Source: Octopus vulgaris
Taxonomy: Eukaryota
Direction: 5' to 3'
Length of the DNA stretch: 64,000 nucleotides
Assembly (NCBI GenBank): GCA_951406725.2
Contig: OX597826.1
Coordinates: 77,128,001-77,192,000 of the forward strand
Below are positions 43,072 through 57,629 of the stretch, in pieces. The notes beneath the pieces are model-generated. The model was not told the origin of the DNA. It saw nothing but the letters and a program-made list of their open reading frames with translations, and did not search any database. Position 1 is the first letter of the stretch, and every line of letters begins with the position of its first letter. A program made the position numbers and the translations under genes.

Positions 43072-43990
43072 TAATAAAGATAGCGATGTTGTCATTTTTG
43101 TAGTTGTTGTTGTTGCTGTTGTTGTAGTTGTTGTTATTGTTATTCTAGTGTTGATGAGATTCCTGCAACGATGTCGTTGTTTAGCCCCAGGTTAGTATTG
43201 ACAGAACAGACGAATAATTAACGGCGTTCTACTCATTATCATTTTGTCCTTCTCTCGTGTATATCGAATCTGGGATGGCTTCATTCAAAGTATTTTATGC
43301 AAATTCACGCACGCACTTCACCAGACGGTAAAATGCAATTTGACGGAGATTTGACTATTATTTCTAGTATGATGATTAACCACGAAGCGAAACCATTTCT
43401 AGGTCGATGTTGATGACGAAGTTGATGATGAGAGATGTAGATCACAGACAATACAGGTAAAGATGATGGCTTGACTGCTGCTGCTGCTGCTACTGCTGCT
43501 GCTGCTGCTGCTACTGCTGCTGATGATGATTGTAGTAGGAGTAAGGTTGTTAGTGATGGTTGCGGTGCCGGTGATGATGATAATTATTATGATGATGACG
43601 ACGATAGTGACTGAGATGATGATGATATCATCATTATCATCATGATAGTTTCTATGGTAATGCTAAGAATATAATGATGATAATGATGATGATAATGATG
43701 CTTACCAACAACAACAACAATAACAACAACACACTTATGTCTGTCAGATAGTATCCGTTTATATTAATTAAGATTGGTGGGAAGCGAAGATGACAGAATG
43801 CAGAAGATACGTTAATATAACCACACACACACACATATTGACATACATTCATACATACACACACATTCTGTATATGTGTGTGTTCATGCATGTATGTATA
43901 TATGTATGTATGTTTGTAATTAGATCTATTCCTGTCAATGAAATAAATGTTTCGTTTAGACGAATTAAGATATGCTTTGGCAGTTTCATA

Positions 43991-44027
<37 letters not shown>

Positions 44028-44068
44028 ATATATATATCTATATATATATATCCTTATATATATCCATA

Positions 44069-44157
<89 letters not shown>

Positions 44158-44707
44158 CTTTCTTGGAATCGTAAGATTTCTCTTTGAATATCTTTCCTGC
44201 AGAAAGTTTAACAATGTCTGTAAAAAAGATTTGTTGTTAGTCTGCCAACGTTTAAGAACCTTTCTGAACGCGCCCTTATCCTTTAATATGTTCTTTTTTT
44301 TATATTCAACCATCCGTAACCAACTGTTAATTGTTAGCAGTGTTCACGGGAACACGACCTTCTGAGCTATAGCTGAAAAAAGCTAATAACTCTAAGAAAC
44401 ATTTATAAGTTTCGAAAATGGGTCTGAGTATTATGCAGACATATTTACTTAATGGCGGAATACAAGTATATTCGAAAAGCTTTATTTTCGCTTTTTATGT
44501 AGCAATGATATTAGCCATAACTCCAATTAATTTGGTATTGGACATAGAACACGCTCACATCAACAATACAATGTGTTTATCGACATACAAACAAGCATAT
44601 ATAACTGTATGTATGCTTGCATGTATGTATAAATATATATTTTATATATATATATGTATGTATTATATATATATACACACACACACAAATACATACGTAC
44701 ATAAATA

Positions 44708-44910
44708 TGCGAGCTGGGAGAGTCCTTAGCACGATGGACGAAATGGTTTGCAGTATTTCGCCCACTGCTAAGTTCTGAGTTCAATTTCTGCCGAGGTCGA
44801 CTTTGCCTTTCATCGATAAAATAAGGACCAATGAAACACTGGGGCCGATGTAATCGACTTATCCCGTTCCCCAAAATGATTGCCCTTCTGGCAAAATGTG
44901 AAACCATTAT
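44708..44910 (+). mobile_element. SINE family A, diverged
   Basis: gcgagctggg...ttctgagttcaatttctgccgaggtcgactttgcctttcatc...actggggccgatgtaatcgact. Confidence 0.8.
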
Positions 44911-45604
44911 TATTATTATCATCATCATCACTATTATCAAAAAAGTAATCTTTTCGAGTCATGTGAACTTTTATTCTAATACTTAGGTTCCACAAAACGG
45001 TCCGCTTTTAGACATTTTTATTTCGAGTAATTATATTTATTCCGAAATTACTCCTCATTCTGACAGAACGACCCGATACAATAACAGATAAGAATGAACA
45101 TAACAATGCAGATTTTAAACGGTAAATAAAAGAAGTTTGATTATATATGTAGACACATATATTTTGTCAAATGGAAAATGACATTTTAACAAATGAAAAC
45201 AAATTCACACGAGACAAAGTAAAATATTCACAACAACAGTTGTTTCGCTAGTGTTACTAACCTAACAGTTGCCAGTGAACAACGTGGCAAACGTGCGTAG
45301 CTAACACAAATAACTCCTTGCCTGAGGAATAGGCGAGGGTGAAAGTGACATACCTCTTCTTTGCAAACAAGGAAGGAGTTTTCATAATCTCTTAAAACAA
45401 CTGTTGAATCCGACGCTATGGGAACATGTTTCTTCCATTGATTTTACTTTCAGAATGGGCTTCAGAAGTAAGGGTGAAGCAATTAGACGAAGCTGGTGTG
45501 TCGCACACTTTCCTATACATTTGTGTCCCGCTTCATAGGTCGTTGCAAAATGAGGAACACGGTGAAGGCCATTAGTAGTGACACTGATGTTAGTTTGTTG
45601 TCAC

Positions 45605-45700
45605 TTTTGCAGCCGTTCTGAGTTCAAATTCCGCCGAGGTTGACTTTGGCTTTCATCCTTCAAGGTCGATAAAATAAGTATTAGTTGAGCACTGGAGTCG
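45605..45700 (+). mobile_element. SINE family A fragment
   Basis: cgttctgagttcaaattccgccgaggttgactttggctttcatcctt..ggtcgataaaataagt. Confidence 0.8.
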
Positions 45701-45775
45701 GGAAGCAGTCGACTATTGTGTTATTAATATCAACAATACTATCATCATTATCATACTCGTAATAGTCATCACAGC

Positions 45776-45814
<39 letters not shown>

Positions 45815-46532
45815 TGTCACTGTTGTTGTAGTTGTTGTTGTTACTGTTATTGACTTGAGAGAAATCGTGTTTTCGATTCTCCGTTCAAAATATGGTTATA
45901 GTGCGGTGGGAAAGAAATAGGTGCAGATGAAAATAGAATAGAAAAGAAAGAAAAAGAAGAGTCGGCATAAGACAAACGAACACAGGTGTGGAAGAAGAAT
46001 CACTTGTAAAGGACAAGGAAATCCACCCTCAGGAAAACAGCGAAGAAACTGCAGAGGACGAACAGAAAGAAATAAGATTCACAGTTCTTCGAAAATCAAA
46101 CAAGATGGTGACAGACAGAATTGCGCCTATGAAGTTACAGTGACACAAACACAATTAGTTTCAGAATAAAAGCTTCTGACACACAGAAACAAACTCGTAA
46201 AATTAAAATCAAGACACTAAAACTAGAACTGAAAGTTAATATTCTCCATCACCGATGATTTCCAATCAAAAAAAAAAAACAAAACAAAAAAAAGATACTT
46301 CTTAGTGGGATGTTAGGTTACAATCGAATACATTTTGTGAAGTGATTAAGTGGCCAGGATCGTGGAGCAAACAATTCTCAATTGAGCCAGAAAATTTTAC
46401 CAAGTCTTATTTTATCAAGATATATTTCATTAAGATATATTTTGCTTTAATTATCGAAGGTTCAATTGTAATTATTATATCTATATCTATCTACCTATCT
46501 ATATATATATATATATCTATATATACATATAA

Positions 46533-46568
<36 letters not shown>

Positions 46569-46974
46569 GCACTCACACATAGACACATACCTATATGTGT
46601 GTGTGTGTGCATATGTATAAGGAATCCATTCTCTCCCACTAACCCACTCGGCTGATCTGATGTAAGCTCTGCCAAGTACAGGAACAGTCATGTCTCCTTC
46701 CAGTTGGTTAGATGTATATATATGTTTACATTTCTCTCTAAGCGCGTGAGGGTACGCGTGCAAGTGGCTGTGTGCAGTTAATTGTATGCTTATATATTCG
46801 CCCGCCAATGCATTATATATGCATATGCCTTCTGCAGAGGACAAAACAGCCGAAGTCCATTTCTATACAAATATTCAGGACCATCGCATGCACACACATG
46901 TACACATGCACCCACACAAATTTATCTCTCTACTTACATGCATACACTTAATTCTAAATATAGGTATGTACAAC

Positions 46975-47380
46975 TACATGGTTCCAGGATCAGACCCACC
47001 GCGTGGCATCTTGAGCAGGTATTTTCTAATGTAGCCCGTAGCGCACCAAAGCCCTGTGAGTGGATTTCCCAGTCGGAAACTGAAAGAAGCCCATCGTATA
47101 TGTGTATATAAATAAATATGTGTGTGTGTGTGTATCACTGTGTGTGCTCGCGCACGCATTTGTGGGTGTGGATATGTTTCTGCCTGTGTGCCCACCACAA
47201 TCACCTGATAACCGGTGCTGGCTGGGTTATATCCCCGTAACTTAAAGTTCAGCAAAAAGCGACGATAAAAAAGTATCAAAATTTACAAAAACAAAAAAAG
47301 TACTGGAGTGGATTCATTCAACAAAACCATTGAAAGTTCTGCCCCAGCATGGCCGCAATCTACTAACTCTAACAAGCAAA
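46975..47380 (+). mobile_element. SINE family B, old diverged copy
   Basis: catggttccaggatcagacccaccgcgtggcatcttgagcag...cggaaactgaaagaagcccatcgtat...ccccagcatggccgcaatc. Confidence 0.8.
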
Positions 47381-47529
47381 ATATGAAATATGTGTATATA
47401 TATGTATATATTTATATATATATAAAGAGAGGGGGAGAGAAAGAGAGGATTCATGATATGGTATAAAAGCTGTGTATGAAGCATGTACGTATGTATGTGT
47501 GTGTGTGAAATCACACGTGTATACATATG

Positions 47530-47567
<38 letters not shown>

Positions 47568-47638
47568 ACATACGTACATATATATACATATATACATACA
47601 TAAATACATATATATTTACATACATACATATATATATG

Positions 47639-47676
<38 letters not shown>

Positions 47677-47869
47677 GTTTATATATTTGTTGTGCAAGAT
47701 TTTTTATGTATATATATATATATACATATGTATATATATATACATATGTATATATATATACATATATATATATATACATACATATATACATACATATACA
47801 TATATATACATACATATATATACATATATATACATACATATATATATATATATACATACATACATGCAT

Positions 47870-47904
<35 letters not shown>

Positions 47905-48583
47905 CATATATGTATACATAATCATATACGTATGTGTATATGTACATCAAATGTCAATATGTACCTGTTTGCTCGAAAGAAGAGTTTTAGCTCTCCTTTC
48001 AAGCAAGCAAGTACATATTGTGCCCCGATTTTTAATGCATTTTGTAGGTTGCGATTATGTTTGCAGGCCACTTCACCATTATTTTTATAAAGATAATAAT
48101 AACTTATTTGAATTTTGAATATATATATATATATGATTATTATTTGAGGGAATATAAATCCAAACTTACAGGGAAATGAAATTCAATTTAGAAATACTAA
48201 ATCAAATTTCACACAATATAATATATATATATATAAAATTACAAATTCAAAATGAACAATTTAATTGCACCATCGAGAAAATTACATATTATAGAAATAT
48301 TAAAATTAAAATAACAATAAAATATCAATGATTAAGTAAATTGCAAAAAGAAAAATTTAATTAATAAAAATAATAAATTATTCTACTAATTATATACGTT
48401 TAATAATTGTCACATATTACATTTACATATATATATATATATATACATATATACATATATTAACGTATATATAAGTAAATATAGAATCATATATATATAT
48501 ATATATATATGCATACATATATGAATATGTTTATGTATACATACATACATATATATATATGTATGTATGTAAGTATGTATGTT

Positions 48584-48614
<31 letters not shown>

Positions 48615-48839
48615 CTTAGTTGAAGGTATTCTTTCTGGGAAAAATTCTAATATTCTCAGCTAGACTAACTATAGTCTTCTGCTTTTAAAGACTGCAATTT
48701 CTAATGAAATGAATAAGACTTGAATCCGAAATGGTTAAGTTCACCTAACCGTACATACATAATGTATTAAACGAACCACTGAGTGACAAATGGTGCAATA
48801 CTGTAAACTTACACATATCACCATACAGAAATTTATACG

Positions 48840-48871
<32 letters not shown>

Positions 48872-49024
48872 CGCGCGCACACACACACACACACACATAC
48901 ATATATATACACGACTGCTCACAAACACAAACATATATATATATATATACATATTTTATTCATAGAAATGCATGCACACACAAATATACTCTCTCTTTGC
49001 TTCTTTCTGTCTTTTTATCTCTCC

Positions 49025-49056
<32 letters not shown>

Positions 49057-49246
49057 TTGGTCGCTCTCTCGCGCACACATACATATTTCTATTTTTTTAC
49101 AAGAATAAACGCTCGTATGTACATTTCTTACACATAGATATACCTCTATACACACAAATAAATTCATATATATATCTACGTATATTCTTGTTCGCATACA
49201 TTCATACATTAAAAACATACATACATATACACACATACATAAATGC

Positions 49247-49247
<1 letters not shown>

Positions 49248-49332
<85 letters not shown>

Positions 49333-49333
49333 C

Positions 49334-49419
<86 letters not shown>

Positions 49420-49420
49420 G
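49248..49420. repeat. (GATA)n microsatellite
   Basis: Direct inspection. Confidence 0.97.
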
Positions 49421-49818
49421 ATATGTTTCGACCAAAGATTGGTCCATACCATGTCTAGCTTAATATATATTTTTTTTCCGTAGTTTCAGCTTAGAGCTGA
49501 GGCCATGCTAGAGCACCACCGTTATATTTGCATATGTATATATATATGTTTGAAGTCATAAGAATGTCATAAAGTTTCCAGAGAATAAGAAATAACTTTG
49601 GTAGGAAACCGAAAGTAATAGCAAGAAAACACTGGACTGAAAACCTCTTTTGCATGGGAAAAAAATTTTTCTTTTTCTGTCAATGCAAAAATAACTGAAG
49701 AATTATTTTTTGTACATATTTGAAATACTTTCACAAGAAGATAGTGACTTCGAAGTTAAGGCCTGCTAACCTTGCTCGGTTATTCTGACAGCATTATACT
49801 TACGAGACTACTGTATGC

Positions 49819-49875
<57 letters not shown>

Positions 49876-50784
49876 CACACCTGTGCGTGTGTAGAGAGAG
49901 GAATATATATGCTTACATTAATACATATGTATATATGTATGCATATAAATACCAATATATACTCTTGGTGTGAATAATTTCGTTATACGATGCCGGGTTT
50001 TTACAATCCTGTAAATAATAATAATGGTATTTTTATATAAGCTAAAAGCTTATGGCGATAATCATGCAATGACTAAAGAAAATAGTCTAATAACGGGGCA
50101 TACAAGCCCTCGACAGAAAAAAGTAAGCCTTCCCATCCGCGTGAGACTCGAACCCTTTGTGGTACCTTTACACCAGCGAATTAGCCACCCGCTTTCTGTG
50201 AAATTTAAGATCTATATTCGTATTTGTTCTATGTAAACAAACTTTCTATATGCTTTCGATGCGAATGGTCTTTTTTTTATACGGCGCAGTTAAATATGTG
50301 TGTGTGTGTGTGTGTGTGTAAATTTATGCCTATAATGTAATATTATATAGAAATAATAATAAAATAAGGAAGATAATAAAATGATAAGTGTCGTAAATTT
50401 TCGCCCATGCCCAGCAGAAATTTGGAGGGAAGGGTTTAGTGGATTATGTCGAATGGTACTTCATTTCCTTAATCTTGAGATTATGAAAATTAAAACTAAC
50501 CTCGATGAGATTTCAACCCAATACGTAAACAGTCCGAAGACAGAGCCCTAAACATTTTGTCCAATGTCATAATGTTATTCTTTTATTCTATTATTCTATT
50601 ATTCGTTTATTCTTTTATTCTATTATTCTTTTATTCTTTTATTCTATTATGCGTTTAAGCCCAAGTGCTGTGACCATGTTGCCCCACAATGTAATTGAGA
50701 AATCTGTCATAGAAATGTCTCTCAGACCTCGGTTACCTACAACTTTGTCTTCCCTCATTAGAAAGTAAAATATTTATTAAACGG

Positions 50785-51295
50785 TGAAAAATCTACGACT
50801 TTACACCCTGAAGGGAAAACACAAGATATACGTAGAAATATACAAGGGAAAATTCTGGAAAGGCTAATATCTAAGTTTGACAACAGGAGTAATACAAATG
50901 TTTGTATGGGACGTCATTGCGAAATTTGAAATATTGTCCATTCCATTCAAATTGAGGACCAGGTGCTGCAATGGTTTGCGGTTCGAATGTTCACAGCTGA
51001 TCTGTGTTTTGCGAAAAGAATTAAGGCACCTACAAAATGTGGGAACCTGCGAAAAAGAGAGGGACGTAATTCAATCCACGACACCAGACGATCCGACGAC
51101 CCGGCATGAAGCGCAAACGAGGGCCGTGGTGTAGAAATCCCCCATACAAGAGGAGGGGTGGGGAGATCCATATACAAAAATTGTTGATCTCAGATCCCAT
51201 CGCCCTGCATATATCGACCACATAGGAGGGTACAGGGTCACGGTGGCACTCCTGTGTGACCGCAGGCGCATGTTTGACATGGGTATAAGGACTAA
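50785..51295 (+). pseudogene. Possible decayed retrotransposon ORF1 remnant
   Basis: GC-richer, non-repetitive block. One frame is open ~170 codons except for 2 stops (LRLYTLKGKH...WKG*YLSLTTG...AVV*KSPIQEEGWGDP...RVTVALLCDRRR). Weak resemblance to 21412-21890. Confidence 0.3.
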
Positions 51296-51510
51296 AGGAA
51301 ACTATATAAATTATATTTGCATTTCTTTTCTACATCCGACTCTACTTACATACATAGCATATATATATATATATACCTACACATGTATACAGTATAGATA
51401 GACTTATTGGTATATATTTGAAAATATGTATGTATACACAGATACACGCATTTTTTAATTATTTTATCTAGTTTCAGCTCACGAGTTGTGGCCATGCTGG
51501 GGCACCGCCA

Positions 51511-51554
<44 letters not shown>

Positions 51555-51628
51555 TATATTTATATATATGCATTTATATATACAAATATAAATATAATCT
51601 ATACATATATATAAACATATATATATAT

Positions 51629-51710
<82 letters not shown>

Positions 51711-51754
51711 ATGTATATATATATACATATGTTTATATATATATGTGTTTAAGT

Positions 51755-51800
<46 letters not shown>

Positions 51801-51802
51801 GT

Positions 51803-51845
<43 letters not shown>

Positions 51846-52129
51846 TAAAGAACAAATACAGCGGGAAAAATAATTGCTGGTTTTCACCACCAATAAACTT
51901 CATGTTCCGGAAAGTTAACATAAATTATATTAACAAAAAGGTGTGTGCACACACATGAAACACACGCTTACATATATTAACATACACACATGCGAATAGC
52001 GTTACACATTTGTAAATATTTGACTGCCTATATATCTGTATGTGTGTGTATGTGTATGTATGTGTGTGTTTGTGTGTGAGGGCTTGTGTGCGTGCAAGCA
52101 CGTACCTTTATGTACATACACATTTGGAG

Positions 52130-52177
<48 letters not shown>

Positions 52178-52295
52178 ATATTATTTATATATATATATAT
52201 ATTATTTATATATATATATATATTATTTATATATATATTTATATTATTTATATATATATATATTATTTATATATATATATATTATTTATATATAA

Positions 52296-52328
<33 letters not shown>

Positions 52329-52352
52329 TGTATGTATACACACACATGCATA

Positions 52353-52663
52353 CAGTGGCGGACTGGCCTGCTTGCCAAATGGCAAGTGTGTCCCTGTGCC
52401 ATTACAATGCATATATGGGGGCCCATGTAAGTATCTAAGGGATCCATCCCCTCAAGTTTGAGAGTTTTTTTTTATTCACTCCTGGAAGCATGCATTAATT
52501 ATTTCTGCCTGGCTGCGTTTGTAGACAGCTGAAAAGAGTACTTTTAACAAAAAAAAAAAAAATTAAATAATAGCATTTTAGTTGCGGATGGGCTCCCTTG
52601 TAGTTCCGGGTGGGCCTCCTTACTCTCCTAGCAACCAATATTTCTAGACCCAGTCCGCCAATG
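52353..52663. mobile_element. hAT-like MITE with 14 bp TIRs
   Basis: cagtggcggactgg (52353) and ccagtccgccaatg (52650-52663), 13/14 match. Flanking 8-mers catgcata / ctcacata may be a decayed TSD. Confidence 0.7.
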
Positions 52664-52968
52664 CTCACATACACAAATAGTACACATGGATACGCGTGCG
52701 TGTGAGTCCACGTGCGTGCACGCGTGTGCTTGTGCGTGTAATTCTGGTGGCCCTGGTATGAAATGTTCAATAAAACGATCAGCACAGCGATAAATATTAA
52801 TATAATGAAGTTGAAATTGTCTGTTGAATGTTCGATGGAATTTTATGAATGAAATGAGCAACGGATAATAGGCAATTAAATACCGCTATATACGCGCGCA
52901 CACACACATATGTATTTGTATATACATGCATATAAATATATGAATGAATAGACATGTGCGCGCACATG

Positions 52969-53003
<35 letters not shown>

Positions 53004-53110
53004 GCATGAATTATTATACATACACATATATATATGTATATACCTATATACATACACACGCATGTATTATTATACATACACATATATATGTATATACCTA
53101 TATACATACG

Positions 53111-53156
<46 letters not shown>

Positions 53157-53189
53157 CATATATATATACCTATATATGCGGGGGGGGGT

Positions 53190-53370
53190 CTTTTAGTTTG
53201 TGTTTGTCACCCTCCACCGCTTCTCAGTACGGTATTAGTTTGTTTACGTCCACGTAAACGGAGCTATAGAATAAGCACCAGGTTTTAAAATAAGTATTGA
53301 GGTTGACTTGTTTGCCCAAGACCTTTCCAAGCGTGCCACAGCATGGCTGCTGTCCAATGACTGAAACATG
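53190..53370 (+). mobile_element. SINE family B, 3' part
   Basis: tgtttacgtcc.cgtaa...tagaataagcacc...cagcatggctgctgtccaatgactgaaac. Confidence 0.7.
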
Positions 53371-53790
53371 ATTGTGTGAATGTATGATTTATACACAAAT
53401 TATTTAAATACTCCATGCAGAAGGAGGATGCGGGTACTTTTACTGGGTAGAGTTTATTTTTTTGTTTCAACTCAGAGTTTCGCGTCGTACGACGTCGGTC
53501 ACGTAATTGGTTTATGGTGTAGTTTACTTGTTATTTATAACATTGTGTTCGTGAGTGGTTAGCCTTTGGATTGAAAGGTAATGGCAGATGTTAAACGATG
53601 ACTCCTACATAAATCAATGTGTGTGTGTGCGTATGTAGCTCTTATATAAATACATATATTTGGGGAGGATAGGCAGATATATATATGTATGTATATACAT
53701 TATATTATATTACGTATATACATGTAGATTATATTACATTATATATATTATATTACATCTTATATATAATATCTATCTATATATATATGT

Positions 53791-53851
<61 letters not shown>

Positions 53852-53864
53852 TGTGTGTGCCTTC

Positions 53865-54085
53865 GTGTCCGTGCTTGTCTCCAGCCAGTGCCGGACTATC
53901 GGTTTTGGTTTGTTTACACCCCTGTAACCCTAACAGTTCAGCAACAGAAACATGTACGACGAAACTTTAAAAACAAAAGGAAAACCAAAAGACGATCTGT
54001 TCGATCAAAGTCTTTTAACTCGGTGCGGCAGTATGGCCGCGGTTCAATGACCGAGACAAGTAAAAGTTTAGAGAAAGATAAAAGA
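53865..54085 (+). mobile_element. SINE family B, 3' part, diverged
   Basis: tgtttacacccctgtaaccctaacagttcagcaa...cagtatggccgcggttcaatgaccgagacaagtaaaag. Confidence 0.65.
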
Positions 54086-54399
54086 TGCAGACAAGAGGCT
54101 TCGTCACACGCGTCGACATGTGTGGATGCAACCACGCTGACAACGACAGCAGGAAAAGACATCATTTCACAGCCTGTTGACAGATAAAGTGTGATGGCCA
54201 CCGTCTGAACTTCAAATACCTTTTGCATTCCTCTCACTTATCTTCTTACATCAATCTCTGATCATTTGTCCATCTCACTGGCTTTGTGTCTCTTAATTAG
54301 CTCTTTTCTATCCAGATTATACAGCATTACTCGCTTTTGTAAAGGTATACACACACACACACAGACACACACACACACATAAATGTACATACATACACG

Positions 54400-54446
<47 letters not shown>

Positions 54447-54449
54447 TCT

Positions 54450-54961
54450 TAGTACTTATTCTATTTTTCTCTTTTGTCGAACAGCTACGTTTCGGGCGTA
54501 AACGCACCAACATCGGTTGTCAAGTGATGATCGGGGGACAAACACAGACACACAAATACATACACACAAACATACAAACACACACACATTATATATATGT
54601 ATACATGTTGGATCGTTAGCCCCTACACGCATTTTTTTTCTGTCCTTGTTTCTCTCCTTGTTTCTTTTCTGTGTATCTTTCTGTTGAAGAGCGTAGGCTC
54701 GAAACGTAAAAGACTTGTTTTATTTCTATTCCTGAGCGCCATACTAATACATTGTTTCTTTGTACTCCACCTGCCTCCGTCTTTTGTTTATTTTCGTAAA
54801 CCTTCCCGTTATATACGACAGGCTTCTTTTAGTTTCCGTCTACCAAATCCACTTACAAGGCTATAGTAGAAGACACTTGCCCAAGGTGCCACGCAGTGGG
54901 ATTGAATCCAGAACTATGTGGTTGGGAAGCAAGATCCTTACCACACAGCCACTACTGCGCC
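54450..54961 (-). mobile_element. SINE family B interrupted by an H1 element
   Basis: The SINE 3' half (54450-54560) and 5' half (54811-54961) are separated by the H1 copy inside the SINE's internal microsatellite. Confidence 0.85.
54610..54810 (+). mobile_element. Hammerhead-bearing repeat family H1, copy 3
   Basis: tcttt-CTGTTGAA-GAGC(gtag)GCTC-GAAA-CG-TA-aaaga at 54676-54713, with a 5 bp stem I. Confidence 0.75.
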
Positions 54962-54999
54962 TATGTATGTGCATACACACACACACACACACACATATA

Positions 55000-55058
<59 letters not shown>

Positions 55059-55184
55059 TTATACAAACATATATGCACATATACATATACATACATACAT
55101 GCATAAATCTACACATACATATACACACACACATACATGTAAACACCTGCCAGACATGAGTGTGTGTGCGTGTTTGTGTGTGTA

Positions 55185-55258
<74 letters not shown>

Positions 55259-55259
<1 letters not shown>

Positions 55260-55427
55260 CGGTGCTGGTGTGTATACGTCCTCGTAACTTAACAATTCGG
55301 CAAAACACACCGACAGAATATGCGCCAGGCTTTAAAATAAAGATTTCTGAGATCGATTCATTCGACTAAAATCCTTCAAGGCGATGCCCCAGCATGGCCG
55401 CAGTCTGATGACTGAAACAAATAAAAG

Positions 55428-55430
<3 letters not shown>
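55259..55430 (+). mobile_element. SINE family B, 3' part
   Basis: ggtgctggtgtgtatacgtcctcgtaacttaac...ccccagcatggccgcagtctgatgactgaaac. Confidence 0.75.
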
Positions 55431-55471
<41 letters not shown>

Positions 55472-55483
55472 ATAGAGAGAGAG

Positions 55484-55544
<61 letters not shown>

Positions 55545-55636
55545 GAGATCATATTCTTATATTTATGTATGTTTTTACGCGTGCAGAAAACATTGACACA
55601 TGTAACCCTAAACACACATACACACACAGACGCGCG

Positions 55637-55692
<56 letters not shown>

Positions 55693-56160
55693 CGCAGGCG
55701 CACACATGCATAGACGACTATTGATATACAGGTAAGTATAAATACGCCATCTGCACAGACACGTCTATACATATTCTTACATAAAAAATACAGGTGTAGA
55801 TAAAATAGCACACACACCATGATGTCTCACATGTACGCAGTTATGCGTGCATGCTTTATTTGATTATTTATTCAGTCGATCAATGAGTAGGTCGTGGTTG
55901 GTGCGACGAAAATTTCGACATCAGATAATAAACGCTTGAATGAAGTTCAAATTCAATATGTGTATGTGAAGGGCTAATTCGTGTGCGTTCCACACCGCAG
56001 TCACTTTTGTTTCGACGCACCACGGTCTCAGATCAAATCACTCACCTGGCAATTACAACTCTTCAATATTTATATCTCTAATTGTCTATCAGAATGTTAT
56101 TCTACCTACTACGTATATTTCCGCTTGTTTACTTAATTGTACCCGTGTTTCTGTATCCCG

Positions 56161-56665
<505 letters not shown>

Positions 56666-57140
56666 TATATTTATATATATATATATGTCTATTTAGCAAA
56701 GTCCCTCTCTATATATATTTCATATGCATATTTTATATGCATGTTTATATGCATGTCTATGTATGTGTGTGTAATTGCCTCTCTATTTGGATGAATCATC
56801 TTGAAAACTAAGAATTAATGACTTACGATCTCAAAATTAAGGAATTAATTGAACAAAGAAACATATATATATATGATAGCTAAAACTACTGACATATCTT
56901 ATAACTGCCAACCAAAAAGGGCACACATTAGTATACATAACTGCTTACTAAGCTCTATATAAGTGAATAAATTCTAAATAATAATATAGCTCCAAATGTA
57001 ATCAATGAAAATTTCTCCAAAACACTTTTCCATAACAATCCACCCTGAAACCCAATTACCATTGCACTCAAGCCCCCGCATCGAAGGAAGATTTCCACCG
57101 AAAAAAATGTTCGTGAAGCCAGGATTAACCCTAATGCACC

Positions 57141-57185
57141 ACAGTGCGGCGATGGCTTATCTGACCGAAACTTCGGAGTCACTGT
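57141..57185 (+). ncRNA. Degenerate hammerhead-like motif, family H3
   Basis: acagt-GCGGCGA-tgg(cttatctga)cc-GAAA-CTTCGGAG-TC-actgt. Stem I is perfect and the 3' half matches 38188-38204/38249-38265; the 5' core is mutated. Confidence 0.5.
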
Positions 57186-57456
57186 CAACAACATCGCTGT
57201 TTAAGAATTGCATCTGCGTGTGTGGGTGTGTATATACAGACATACACACATATAAATGGAGAGATATTAATGATTTTTATTATTCTAATTTAGAGAGTAG
57301 TTGGGAAAAGTGAGAATTAAGAAACATTCCATGATAGAGATGATCTGAGGAAGGGAAGACAGGAGGAAGGGAATTTTCCAAAAGCGAGCATGAAGACGAG
57401 AAAACAAAAAAGAATCATAAGATTAAAGAATAAAAATACTTTTATAATATATAAAA

Positions 57457-57629
<173 letters not shown>

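Noticed and set aside
55403-55425. CTGATGA-CT-GAAA hammerhead-like string
   Set aside because: Chance variant of the SINE B 3' stem-loop (gcagtcaaatgactgaaac); no stems II or III.
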